Source: an uncultured bacterium
GTDB taxonomy: Bacteria; Margulisbacteria; CAYMKA01
DNA: 49,226 nucleotides
Reading direction: 5' to 3'
Assembly: GCA_964390935.1 (NCBI GenBank)
Contig: CAYMKA010000001.1
Span: 1 to 49,226 of the forward strand
Every line of letters begins with the position of its first letter. Position 1 is the first letter of the stretch. The notes below the pieces were generated by a model that made no database searches, was not told the origin of the DNA, and was given only the letters and a program-made list of their open reading frames with translations. This document shows positions 26,721-35,431 of the stretch, piece after piece. A program made the position numbers and the translations under genes.

Positions 26721-27857
26721 CTAATGCATCGATTCTTGTACAAAGGTCTGGTAGTGACGCAAGGCGGTCAAAATCAAGATATGATCAAACGCTTCAAAAG
26801 GAGCCTGCCCAAAAGAACCATTGTTGTTTTGTAAAAGCAAAAGTTTTTTAGCTAAGGGTTGAGCAAACTCCATATCATTTTGAAAAACAGCCAGACTTAA
26901 CATTAATCCATAAACGGCAGGACTTTCATAATCAACCAAAGCTTTCAAAGTGACGGGATGATAACGACCGTAGACTTTGCCTTTCTTTAAGTATTCATTT
27001 TTGAGCCATAAATATAATTTAGAGGGTTTTCCATTCACCTGACTTTCTACCTGAGCACAAATCAATTGATTAATTAAATTCATATCTTGTAAGCCATACT
27101 TTGATTTATCAATAAGATATTTATCAAAATAAAATCCGGTGGGAGTTTTTCCCCCATTCAATAGTTTTTGAGATCGGTATAAAACCGCCTGCCAGTCTTT
27201 ATCAAATTGAGACAAATAAGCCATGGCTGGTAAATCGAGATAGGACAAATCAACTTTAAATGAAATATCAGGCTGCGGAGCTTCACAATAAGACTCGACA
27301 AAATAGTTATCTCTTAAATTAATTTTTTTCATACGCTGGGCCATCACAGCGCTTAATGCCAAGTATTTTTTTTGTTTCCAAATTTTTCCTGCCTGGGCCA
27401 AGGCAAACGCAATACGCAAATCATCAAGAGAGGCATTGCAAGAACTGGGAGTCGATTGATCAATACGCCAATACACCCAATCTTCTGGACTCAAAAAATA
27501 CCGTTGCAAATTTTTAACCTGTTTATCAAAAATGCTTTGGCGCTGCGTTTCCACCAAATACACCATCCACAAACCTAGCGTTTCTGACAAATATTCATTT
27601 TCTTGAGAATTTTTGAGCGGGTCAAATTGTTTAATCACCCCCCGGCGGTAAGTGAGATGATTGAGCACAAATTCAACCCCTTTATCTTGGGCTAGTGACA
27701 AAGCCTGCGTTTGCGTATCCGGCTGAACAGGAGGCTTATAAAAAAGTCTCAGACAAAGAAAAACAACAATAAAAAACAACATTAATCCTATTGCTACTTT
27801 TATTTCTAAACGATTGCGATATAGCCACTTTTGAAAAGGACTTTTAATTCGTGACAT
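26721..27857 (-). CDS. GH8-like glycoside hydrolase (copy 2)
   Basis: Translation identical to 16637..17773. Confidence 0.65.
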   Translation of the reverse strand: MSRIKSPFQKWLYRNRLEIKVAIGLMLFFIVVFLCLRLFYKPPVQPDTQTQALSLAQDKGVEFVLNHLTYRRGVIKQFDPLKNSQENEYLSETLGLWMVYLVETQRQSIFDKQVKNLQRYFLSPEDWVYWRIDQSTPSSCNASLDDLRIAFALAQAGKIWKQKKYLALSAVMAQRMKKINLRDNYFVESYCEAPQPDISFKVDLSYLDLPAMAYLSQFDKDWQAVLYRSQKLLNGGKTPTGFYFDKYLIDKSKYGLQDMNLINQLICAQVESQVNGKPSKLYLWLKNEYLKKGKVYGRYHPVTLKALVDYESPAVYGLMLSLAVFQNDMEFAQPLAKKLLLLQNNNGSFGQAPFEAFDHILILTALRHYQTFVQESMH

Positions 27858-27877
27858 TTCCTCTATATTATAGAGGC

Positions 27878-28387
27878 ATGAGATCAAAGATTGTTTTAGC
27901 CCTTTTAGTTTTAGGAATTACTTTATATTTATCCACTCTAGAGCCGGGCTATTCCGATGAACTGGTAACCACCGCGTCCTCTGTAGTCTCGTTTCAAAAT
28001 GTCGACTGGTCAAAATTTTTAGGCGGGCGATTTTCTTTTTTTATCAACCAAATTGGAATGCCTGATCAAATTTATCCCAAGCGTTACAGCGCTGATGACC
28101 GGGAAGATGATGTCGTCATGTATTATCGCGGTGCTGGAGTCGATATGCGGGTTTATGTGTGGGACAACAACATTTATCGATTTTATTTTTCAAAAGAACA
28201 CCGCTTTAATATTTTTCAAGGGGTACGAACCAACATGAACAAAGAACAAATTGAATCAGTGCTGGGACCAGTTAATAAAATTACCGAAAAGAATTTATAT
28301 TTATGGAAATCAGGTCAGCAAAAAATTATTGTTACTTTTGACGACAAAAACATTGCTAAAGAAATTATGTTATCGCTAGAAAGATAA
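27878..28387 (+). CDS. Small secreted hypothetical protein (copy 2)
   Basis: Translation identical to 17794..18303. Confidence 0.55.
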   Translation: MRSKIVLALLVLGITLYLSTLEPGYSDELVTTASSVVSFQNVDWSKFLGGRFSFFINQIGMPDQIYPKRYSADDREDDVVMYYRGAGVDMRVYVWDNNIYRFYFSKEHRFNIFQGVRTNMNKEQIESVLGPVNKITEKNLYLWKSGQQKIIVTFDDKNIAKEIMLSLER

Positions 28388-28394
28388 AAATACA

Positions 28395-28465
28395 GGCCCC
28401 TCCCGTCCCCTAAAGGGGATGGTCAGTTTTAAAAACAAATTCCCCCTTTAGGGGGTTAGGGGGCC
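28395..28465. repeat. GC-rich imperfect palindromic element, copy B (duplicate of copy A)
   Basis: Identical to 18311..18381. It lies between the convergent 27878..28387 and 28465..29568 genes. Confidence 0.7.
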
Positions 28466-29568
28466 TACGCTACTAACTTCTCTAACCCTCGCTGTGCCAA
28501 TAAAAAATTAGGTTTTGCTTTAACGGCTTCTTCATAACATTCCTTGGCTTTCTCTTTCAAAGCTTCTTCAAAATAACAATCGCCTAAATTCACCCAGGCT
28601 AACGCAAATTTAGGATCAAGTTTAATCGCCCGGCGATAGCTGGCCTTAGCATCACCAAAACGTTTCAAACAAAAATAAGTGGTACCCAGCATATTTTGAA
28701 TTTCAGCATCACCTTCCGTCTGCAAAGGAAATAGAATTTTAAGTGCATCCATGAAACGTCCATAATGCAGCGCCAGTCTGCCCACTTCTTTAACGATCGC
28801 TAAATTTTTAATCAGAGGTAAATCAGGTCTTAATCGAAATTGATAACCGCAATCTTTAAAACCAGGTTTCATCGGATACTGGCGACACAATTCAGGCCGG
28901 TCTTCATAAATTCCACAAGTACTTTGACCAATCACATGCTTACATTTAAAAACGCCTTGCCCTCGTGCATCTTGGCCTTGAAATTGCCATTGCAAAAACA
29001 TCGGTTCCACTTGCTGTGCCTGAGCTAACTGTTCAGGTGAATTAAGAACCACTCCTTTAAATTGCAATTGCACACTGTGACAACACATGCCAGTTTGTTT
29101 ACAGCCGCCACTGCGCTCCCAGACACTAGTGATAATTTTCTCTTTTAAAATATTTTGGCTGGGATCAAGATCAAAGGCTTTGACATAAAATTCAATGCCC
29201 TGTTCCACTGATTCCAAGGCCTGCAAGACATCACCAATTCCCTCATAAGCCGGGGCATAATCGGGTTTCACTTCTAAAGATTTTTTAAACTGGGCGAAGG
29301 CCTCTTCAAAACGACTTTGTTTTAAAAATAAAATGCCACGCAGGTGAAAAGTATCTTCTTCTTCAGTGAGTTCAATTTTTTCAGCTTCGGCGTAACGCTC
29401 TAAATTAAGTAAACAGCTAAACTGTAACTTCTTTTTTAATTTTTCATCAGGAAGATGAGCGGCAAGGGCCAGGGCGTCAGTATAGTTTTTACGGCCAATC
29501 AGTTCTGAAATTTCTCGTAATTGTGTGATCAAAAAGCCCGCCCCCTGCCATAGTATAATCCATGCCAT
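28465..29568 (-). CDS. TPR-repeat protein with an embedded YkgJ-family (CxxCxxCC-type) cysteine-cluster domain
   Basis: TPR-like repeats at both ends (e.g. AKASYRRAIKLDPKFALAWVNLGDCYFEEALKEKAKECYEEAVKAKP). The central region reads GGCKQTGMCCHSVQL...CKHVIGQSTCGIYEDRPELCRQYP, typical of the YkgJ zinc/iron-chelating domain. Confidence 0.7.
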   Translation of the reverse strand: MAWIILWQGAGFLITQLREISELIGRKNYTDALALAAHLPDEKLKKKLQFSCLLNLERYAEAEKIELTEEEDTFHLRGILFLKQSRFEEAFAQFKKSLEVKPDYAPAYEGIGDVLQALESVEQGIEFYVKAFDLDPSQNILKEKIITSVWERSGGCKQTGMCCHSVQLQFKGVVLNSPEQLAQAQQVEPMFLQWQFQGQDARGQGVFKCKHVIGQSTCGIYEDRPELCRQYPMKPGFKDCGYQFRLRPDLPLIKNLAIVKEVGRLALHYGRFMDALKILFPLQTEGDAEIQNMLGTTYFCLKRFGDAKASYRRAIKLDPKFALAWVNLGDCYFEEALKEKAKECYEEAVKAKPNFLLAQRGLEKLVA

Positions 29569-29827
29569 GCGTCGGACAGGGATAATTTTTTTAATCTTGC
29601 TTTACCTGGGGATTATGGCCGGACGAGGCATCCATCATAACTATGTGGTCATTAAACGACACAAAGCCCTGCAGTCAGAAATAGCGCTCCAGACCAAAAT
29701 AAATGCCGACCTCAAAAACCGTCTGCAAAAGCTGAAAGACCCAGAATATTTAGAACTTCTCGCCCGTCAAAAGTTAGGACTAGTCAAAGCCGGTGAAATT
29801 GTTTATAAAGTTGCAGAACAGCAATGA
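29567..29827 (+). CDS. ftsB: Septum formation initiator family protein (FtsB/DivIC-like)
   Basis: Start moved to the ATG at 29567 (MRRTGIIFLILLYLGIM = TM helix). A coiled coil follows, then the conserved KDPEYLELLARQKLGLVKAGEIVYKV tail. Confidence 0.75.
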   Translation: MRRTGIIFLILLYLGIMAGRGIHHNYVVIKRHKALQSEIALQTKINADLKNRLQKLKDPEYLELLARQKLGLVKAGEIVYKVAEQQ

Positions 29828-30360
29828 CAGAGAATCAAGATTCAAGCATAACCACCGGAACGATTACTGGGATCACCAGTTTCGGCGCTTTTGTTAAATT
29901 GCAGGATGGCCAAGAAGGTCTTGTTCACATCTCAGAAATTGCCGATGCCTACATCACCAATATTGGAGATTATTTAACTAACGGCCAAGAGGTCAAAGTA
30001 AAAGTTTTAGGCACTAACAAAAAAGGCAAACTCGATCTATCAATCAAAAAAGTCCCTGGAAATTCAATTACGAAGGTTGGCGGATCGACCGAAGAATCTG
30101 CAGCTCCTCGTCCTGAGCCTCAGGTTTATAACAAATATAAATCTCAACAGGGCCGTAAAGGTGGCGGAGGCGGGATGCGTCGTGATCGACCTCAGGCTGG
30201 CACTTTTGAAGACAAGATGAATCAGTTTTTAAAAAAAAGTGATGAAAAATTACTTGATGTGCGCAAAAACACTGAATGGAAGCAGGGCATCCGTAAAAAG
30301 AAAAAACAAAAAGACACCAGTGGCAGTAATGTTTTTGATCCTAAGATCATGGGGAAGTAA
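29824..30360 (+). CDS. S1 RNA-binding domain protein (YabR-like) with a basic C-terminal tail
   Basis: GTITGITSFGAFVKLQDGQEGLVHISEIADAYITNIGDYLTNGQEVKVKVLG...KGKLDLSIKK is a canonical S1 fold sequence. An ATGA overlap links it to the ftsB-like gene. Confidence 0.85.
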   Translation: MTENQDSSITTGTITGITSFGAFVKLQDGQEGLVHISEIADAYITNIGDYLTNGQEVKVKVLGTNKKGKLDLSIKKVPGNSITKVGGSTEESAAPRPEPQVYNKYKSQQGRKGGGGGMRRDRPQAGTFEDKMNQFLKKSDEKLLDVRKNTEWKQGIRKKKKQKDTSGSNVFDPKIMGK

Positions 30361-30493
30361 TCAGTTAATTAAATCTATGTTAGATTTAAAAAAATGCCGA
30401 CACGAAGCGTAGCGTAGTGCGGCGCAAGCAGCGTTGATTAAGTATTTATCTTGAATAACTAATCTACGAAATTTTGAAAATTGATAGGGATGC

Positions 30494-30582
30494 GCCGAAG
30501 TGGTGGAATTGGTAGACACAAAGGATTTAAAATCCTTCGGGGTCTTATAAATCCCGTGCCGGTTCAAGTCCGGCCTTCGGCA
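30494..30582 (+). tRNA. tRNA-Leu (anticodon TAA, class II with a long variable arm)
   Basis: Acceptor GCCGAAG pairs with CTTCGGC, with discriminator A. D-arm GTGGAATTGGTAGACAC. Anticodon stem AAGGA/TCCTT with loop TT-TAA-AA (anticodon 30528..30530). Long variable arm. T-arm GCCGG-TTCAAGT-CCGGC. CCA is not encoded. Confidence 0.92.
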
Positions 30583-30618
30583 CACCTCGCGCTTCGCGTC
30601 GGCACCATCTTTAAAAAA

Positions 30619-31245
30619 CTAGTTAACTGAAATTTCTCCTATTAAATCATCGAGCGACAAAGGCTTCTGAAAAGGTTGTTCTTTTAAAAAGCCACAGATT
30701 CTCAAAAAGCGATCATCCAGTTCATTTAATTTTAAAAGCTCTTGCTTGGTTTCAATGGCTAGAGCCATGCGGCTGGCATAAGAATTCAGCAAGGTCGTTT
30801 CATTAATATAAAAATTTTTCGAAACCACAAAAAAAATATTCGCTTCTTTTTGCAGATCTGGTGAAACCTTGGCGAGTAATTTTTCTTTCGAAGACAAAGG
30901 ATGTTCTGGAATAGGATGGATCAGCGCTTCTCGGTAAGATTTATGATCACTGATTGAATCAATTTTAATGCGTTCTTCTCCATAAAAAGTAATTAAAATC
31001 TGATCATTAGATTTTTTTTGCCAGTCGATGACTTTCCCGAGGCAAGCCACTTTTTCAATAGCGTCTGTATGGTAGTAATCGTCTTCCCAGCCCGGCAAAA
31101 AACTTGATAACACAAAGCGCTGATCTTTTTGCAGAACATGCTCAAACATTTCTAAATATCTTTTTTCAAATAAATTTAATTTAATTTCAACTTTAGGAAA
31201 TAAAACCACACTAGGCAGCGGAAACAGCGGAAATTTTTCTGTCAT
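30619..31245 (-). CDS. LON N-terminal substrate-binding domain protein
   Basis: MTEKFPLFPLPSVVLFPKVEIKLNLFEKRYLEMF... matches the start of the Lon N-terminal (PUA-like) domain. At 208 aa it has no ATPase or protease part. Confidence 0.75.
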   Translation of the reverse strand: MTEKFPLFPLPSVVLFPKVEIKLNLFEKRYLEMFEHVLQKDQRFVLSSFLPGWEDDYYHTDAIEKVACLGKVIDWQKKSNDQILITFYGEERIKIDSISDHKSYREALIHPIPEHPLSSKEKLLAKVSPDLQKEANIFFVVSKNFYINETTLLNSYASRMALAIETKQELLKLNELDDRFLRICGFLKEQPFQKPLSLDDLIGEISVN

Positions 31246-31257
31246 TACAGATGATGC

Positions 31258-31896
31258 CTATTTTTCTTGAAGATCACTAAACTGAGTTTTAGGTAAGTTT
31301 AATTTTTCTTCTAAAACATTTAATTTTTTAACCATAAGCGCTAGGACAGGATCGGCAATTTTTTCATGCTCTAATTTTTCAACCCCTGAAGCTTCCCCAA
31401 CTATGTGTCCAGGAATTCCCACCGCTGTTTTTCCCGCAGGCACTGGTTTCACCACGACCGAACCTGAACCCACGCGAGCGTATTCACCAATTTCAATATC
31501 TCCCAAAACAATCGCCCCTGCCCCAATCACGGCCCCTTTGCGAATGGTGGGATGGCGTTTTCGTTTTTCTAAATGCGTTCCACCTAGAACCACGCCCTGA
31601 TAAATTAAAACTTCTTCTTCAATAATAGCGGTTTCACCAATGACCACACCCATGCCGTGATCAATGAAAACGCGGCTGGCAATTTGAGCACCAGGATGAA
31701 TTTCAATCCCTGTTAGAAAACGAGCAATGTGCGAAATAAAACGAGCAATGAGCTTTAAATTAAGCCGCCATAAAAAATGTGCAATGCGGTGCAACCACAT
31801 GGCATGTAGTCCGGGATAGCACAGTAAAATTTCCAAAACGCTACGAGCAGCGGGGTCTTTTTTGCGAATGGTTTGAATATCATCAAGAATAATCAT
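31258..31896 (-). CDS. cysE: Serine O-acetyltransferase
   Basis: [30 protein letters not shown]...[25 protein letters not shown]..., followed by hexapeptide repeats ...[35 protein letters not shown]. Confidence 0.92.
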   Translation of the reverse strand: MIILDDIQTIRKKDPAARSVLEILLCYPGLHAMWLHRIAHFLWRLNLKLIARFISHIARFLTGIEIHPGAQIASRVFIDHGMGVVIGETAIIEEEVLIYQGVVLGGTHLEKRKRHPTIRKGAVIGAGAIVLGDIEIGEYARVGSGSVVVKPVPAGKTAVGIPGHIVGEASGVEKLEHEKIADPVLALMVKKLNVLEEKLNLPKTQFSDLQEK

Positions 31897-32022
31897 TTAT
31901 TTTTATCTCCCGTGTGAGTATATCGAGCTTTATTCAAAATCAAAATTGGCATTGGAATTGCATTATTTAAACCAGGAAAGTTATTAGGTATACAAAATGG
32001 GTATAATATCATATAGTTTTTT

Positions 32023-32073
32023 GCCCCCACCCCAACCCTCCCCACAAAGGTGGGGAGGGAAAAAGGGAGGGGG
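32023..32073. repeat. G/C-tract hairpin element in the cysE / 32105 divergent intergenic region
   Basis: Perfect 10-bp stem ccctccccac-aaag-gtggggaggg (32036..32059), flanked by gcccccacccc and agggaggggg runs. It shares the C-tract/AAAG/G-tract style of the 70-bp palindromic elements. Confidence 0.5.
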
Positions 32074-32104
32074 AAAAGTTATTTTTTGAAAACGGAGAAA
32101 CAAA

Positions 32105-32380
32105 ATGAAAAAAATAAAACTGGTGTATGATAAAAAATTAGATAAAGATATTCAGCTGGAACGACTGGCCAAGTTTTATGACTCCGCTGACATCGATGAA
32201 TACATGGTTTCTCCTAATAATGAATTTAAAAAAATAAACATCAATGTCAGCCTAGGAAATTTTGACTTGGCTCAAAAAATTGGCCATATTTCCGGCATTG
32301 GTTATCAAAACGCCCTCAAAATGGCGATGACGATTGGCTTGAAAAGACTTTTAGAAGATTTAAGCACTAATAAAAAGTAA
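32105..32380 (+). CDS. Small hypothetical protein, possibly a BrnA/CopG-like antitoxin-fold protein
   Basis: 91 aa. The C-terminal ...ININVSLGNFDLAQKIGHISGIGYQNALKMAM... loosely resembles the BrnA-type pattern (..irld.d.l...k..A...G.gYQtlin..L). No partner toxin gene is adjacent. Confidence 0.4.
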   Translation: MKKIKLVYDKKLDKDIQLERLAKFYDSADIDEYMVSPNNEFKKININVSLGNFDLAQKIGHISGIGYQNALKMAMTIGLKRLLEDLSTNKK

Positions 32381-32467
32381 CTCTGCTCCTTAATCCAGTC
32401 CAAAATAGTCCGGATTTGTGATATTCTTGGCGCTCTAGTTTTTACATTATTTAGCGAGGAGCCGATT

Positions 32468-33649
32468 ATGTTACCTCTAGATCAAATAACCTTATCTAAA
32501 GAAGAAAAGAGCCGTTATGCGCGGCATTTAATTTTGCCTGAATTTGGAATTGAAAACCAAAAAAAATTAAAAGCTTCGAGTGTCCTTTTAATAGGAACAG
32601 GCGGTTTGGGTTCGCCAACTTCATTATATTTAACTGCTGCCGGCATTGGTCGAATTGGTCTGGTTGATTTTGATGTGGTCGATGCCAGTAACCTGCAACG
32701 CCAAATCATTCACTTTTCAAGTGACGTGGGCACTCCCAAAATTGAATCTGCCAAGAAAAAATTAAAAGACATTAACCCTAATTTAGAAGTTGTTACCTAT
32801 AACACTCACTTAAACTCTTCTAATGCGATGGAAATTTTTTCAAACGACGGCACAGGCAAAAAGTGGGATATGGTCATCGACGGGACAGACAACTTCCCTA
32901 CTCGCTACCTGGTAAATGACGCTTGTGTGCTTTTAGGAATCCCCAATGTCTATGGCAGTATTTTTCGCTTTGACGGTCAGGCTACTATTTTTGGAGACCC
33001 CAATGGACCTTGCTACCGCTGCTTATATCCCGATCCACCCCCACCAGGCATGGTGCCAAGCTGTGCTGAAGGCGGCGTGATTGGTGTGTTACCGGGTGTG
33101 ATTGGTCTGATCCAAGCAACCGAAGGCATTAAGTACTTAACGGGAATTGGCGAAACTTTAGTAGGCAGACTAATGCTGTTTGATGCATTAAAAATGAAAT
33201 TTAGAGAGTTAAAGATCCGCAAAGACCCCGCCTGCCCTATTTGCGGAACTAATCGCACGGTGACTGCTCTAATTGATTACGAACAATTTTGCGGCATGAA
33301 AGCCGTTGAGGAGGCCAATGTGGAATTATCAAATGATGAAATTTCGGTCATGCAGTTAAAGACCATGCTCGATAAAAAAGAAAAGTTTACGCTGGTCGAT
33401 GTCCGCGAACAAAATGAATGGGATATAGTACATTTTCCTGATGCCAAATTGATTCCGCTTAGCTCGATTGAATCGGATTATACGAAGTTAAATAAAGACG
33501 ATAATATTGTAATCCATTGCTTGCGTGGAGCACGAAGCATGAAGGCCTTAAATTTTTTGCGTTCTAAAGGTTACACCAAATTAAAAAGTGTAGCAGGCGG
33601 AATTAAAGAATATGCTGAGAAAATTGATCCCAGCATGCCGACTTACTAA
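32468..33649 (+). CDS. MoeB/ThiF-family adenylyltransferase with a C-terminal rhodanese domain (MoeZ-type)
   Basis: RYARHLILPEFGIENQKKLKASSVLLIGTGGLGSP...DFDVVDASNLQRQIIH, with CYRCLYP...CPICG zinc cysteines. The C-terminal rhodanese module carries the active-site loop IVIHCLRGARS. Confidence 0.88.
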   Translation: MLPLDQITLSKEEKSRYARHLILPEFGIENQKKLKASSVLLIGTGGLGSPTSLYLTAAGIGRIGLVDFDVVDASNLQRQIIHFSSDVGTPKIESAKKKLKDINPNLEVVTYNTHLNSSNAMEIFSNDGTGKKWDMVIDGTDNFPTRYLVNDACVLLGIPNVYGSIFRFDGQATIFGDPNGPCYRCLYPDPPPPGMVPSCAEGGVIGVLPGVIGLIQATEGIKYLTGIGETLVGRLMLFDALKMKFRELKIRKDPACPICGTNRTVTALIDYEQFCGMKAVEEANVELSNDEISVMQLKTMLDKKEKFTLVDVREQNEWDIVHFPDAKLIPLSSIESDYTKLNKDDNIVIHCLRGARSMKALNFLRSKGYTKLKSVAGGIKEYAEKIDPSMPTY

Positions 33650-33679
33650 TAAAAACAGAAATAGAAAAAGGAGACCCTC

Positions 33680-35392
33680 ATGGCCCGACCGGTAAGCGAT
33701 ATTGTTAAAAAAGAAATCGTAAATTTTAAAGATGCGGTAGCAAGATTAAGAAGCGGCGCATTAGACGATTTAGAATTTAAAAAAATTCGCTTGCTGTACG
33801 GCATTTACGGTCAAAAACAAAAAAGTCCTGAAGGCGTTCAAATGATCCGCGTCAAAATTCCAGGCGGCATCATGAATGCAGAACAATTGAGAGCCCTTTC
33901 TGAAGTGGCAGAAAAATATTCTACTGGCATTGGACACATCACAACTCGTCAAAATTTTCAGTTTCACTTCATTAAATTGGATGATGTGCCGGCAATTTTA
34001 GAAAAATTAGATACCGTGGGACTGACTTCACGCGAAGGCTGCGGCAACTCTTGGAGAAATATTGTCGGTTCACCTTTAGATGGCATTCATCAAAATAGTG
34101 TTTTTGATACTTACCCCTATCTACAAGCGGCTTTTAAACATTTCTTAAGAAATCCAGAATTCCAAAAACTGCCTCGCAAATTTAAAGTTAATTTTAGTTC
34201 TGGCGAAGGAGATTTAGGCCAAACCTCGATGAACTGTATTGGTGCGATTGCTAAAATCCAAAACGGCAAACGTGGTTTTAAAGTTTTAGTAGGTGGCGGT
34301 CTTGGTGCATCTCCTCACCATGCTCAGTTGTTTAGTGAATTTATGCCTGAAGAATTATTAATTCCTTATATGGAAGCGATTACCCGCCATTTTAATAAAG
34401 TCGGCCAACGTGAAAATCAAATGATGGCGCGTATTAAGTTTTTAGTGGCTAAAGAAGGCATCGAAACATTTAAAGCCAACGTTGAAAAAGAGTATCAAGC
34501 TCAAAAAACTAAGACCGTTAAAGTAGAAATTCCCGCTGAAAAAATTCCCGACGTCAAAGTAGTCAGTGGCGGAACAGCCTCTCCAGCTTATGAAGCATGG
34601 AAACGTGTTCAAGTTTTCGCTCAAAAACAAAGTGGATTTTCATATGTGTTCTTAAAAATGATCATTGGGGATTTGACTGCAAAACAATTTGTTCAAATTG
34701 CAGATTTAATCGAAAAATACGGCAATGGAGAAATTCGCACCACCACGGAACAAGATTTTGTAATTCCTTGGGTTAAAAATGAAAGTTTAACAGCGCTTTA
34801 TGCTGACCTGGTCAAAATTGGACTGGCTGAAGTGGGTTCAAACCGTATTGAAGATGTGCTGAGCTGTCCCGGCGGTCATACCTGTAACTTGGCTATTACC
34901 AAATCAAAACATCTGGGCAGTTACTTAACCGACTACATCAAAGAAAAATATCCTTCTACCAACCCGGCTAATGAAGATTTAAAAGGCATTTTAATTAAAA
35001 TCAGCGGTTGTCCTAATTCATGTTCACAACATCGTGGGGCGCCGATTGGTTTTCAAGGTGGCGTGATGAACGTGAGCGGTAAAAAAGCTCCTGTCTATCA
35101 ACTTTATTTAGGCGGAGAAATCATGAGTTCTACTGTAAAAACCGGAAAAGCGATTGCGAAATACCCTGCTCGTAACATTCCTAAAGTCGTTGATTCATTG
35201 ATTGATATGTATCGTAAAGACAAAGGTAAAAACTTTGTGGAATGGGCTAATGCACAGCAACCAAGCACGGTGATGGAAGCCTTAAAACCTTTCCAACAGA
35301 TTACCGTTGCGGATGTCGAACTCTTTAAAGAACCCAATGAAAATGAAGACTTTGTTTTCACAGGCATTGGCGAAGCTGAGTGTGCGATTTAG
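33680..35392 (+). CDS. Sulfite/nitrite reductase hemoprotein (siroheme-[4Fe-4S], ferredoxin-type Sir)
   Basis: NiR/SiR repeat pattern. The cluster/siroheme cysteines are in SCPGGHTCNLAITKSK and ISGCPNSCSQHRGAPIGFQG. 570 aa. Confidence 0.85.
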   Translation: MARPVSDIVKKEIVNFKDAVARLRSGALDDLEFKKIRLLYGIYGQKQKSPEGVQMIRVKIPGGIMNAEQLRALSEVAEKYSTGIGHITTRQNFQFHFIKLDDVPAILEKLDTVGLTSREGCGNSWRNIVGSPLDGIHQNSVFDTYPYLQAAFKHFLRNPEFQKLPRKFKVNFSSGEGDLGQTSMNCIGAIAKIQNGKRGFKVLVGGGLGASPHHAQLFSEFMPEELLIPYMEAITRHFNKVGQRENQMMARIKFLVAKEGIETFKANVEKEYQAQKTKTVKVEIPAEKIPDVKVVSGGTASPAYEAWKRVQVFAQKQSGFSYVFLKMIIGDLTAKQFVQIADLIEKYGNGEIRTTTEQDFVIPWVKNESLTALYADLVKIGLAEVGSNRIEDVLSCPGGHTCNLAITKSKHLGSYLTDYIKEKYPSTNPANEDLKGILIKISGCPNSCSQHRGAPIGFQGGVMNVSGKKAPVYQLYLGGEIMSSTVKTGKAIAKYPARNIPKVVDSLIDMYRKDKGKNFVEWANAQQPSTVMEALKPFQQITVADVELFKEPNENEDFVFTGIGEAECAI

Positions 35393-35431
35393 AATCAGAA
35401 TCTCAATTTATTAGAGAAGGGGAAATTTAAT

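Larger units (their letters stand above)
18641..28724. repeat. Tandem direct repeat, unit 2 of 2 (10,084 bp)
   Basis: Identical to 8557..18640. The junction reads ccttccgtctgca|gatgttcttcgc at 18640|18641. Confidence 0.95.

Noticed and set aside
8557-28724. Composite transposon, prophage or integrative element as the cause of the 10-kb repeat
   Set aside because: I recognise no transposase, integrase, recombinase or phage-like ORF in or next to the unit. There are no terminal inverted repeats and no target-site duplication. The copies are directly abutting, and the breakpoints lie inside ordinary genes.
30371-30387. Hairpin aaatcta-tgt-tagattt after the S1-domain gene as an intrinsic terminator
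   Set aside because: The stem is 7 bp of A/T-rich pairs only. It is followed by an A-run rather than a T-run on the coding strand, so it is too weak to call.
30361-30585. 74-aa ORF on the minus strand
   Set aside because: It lies antisense across the tRNA-Leu gene and its GC-rich flank. It is an artefact of the tRNA sequence, not a gene.
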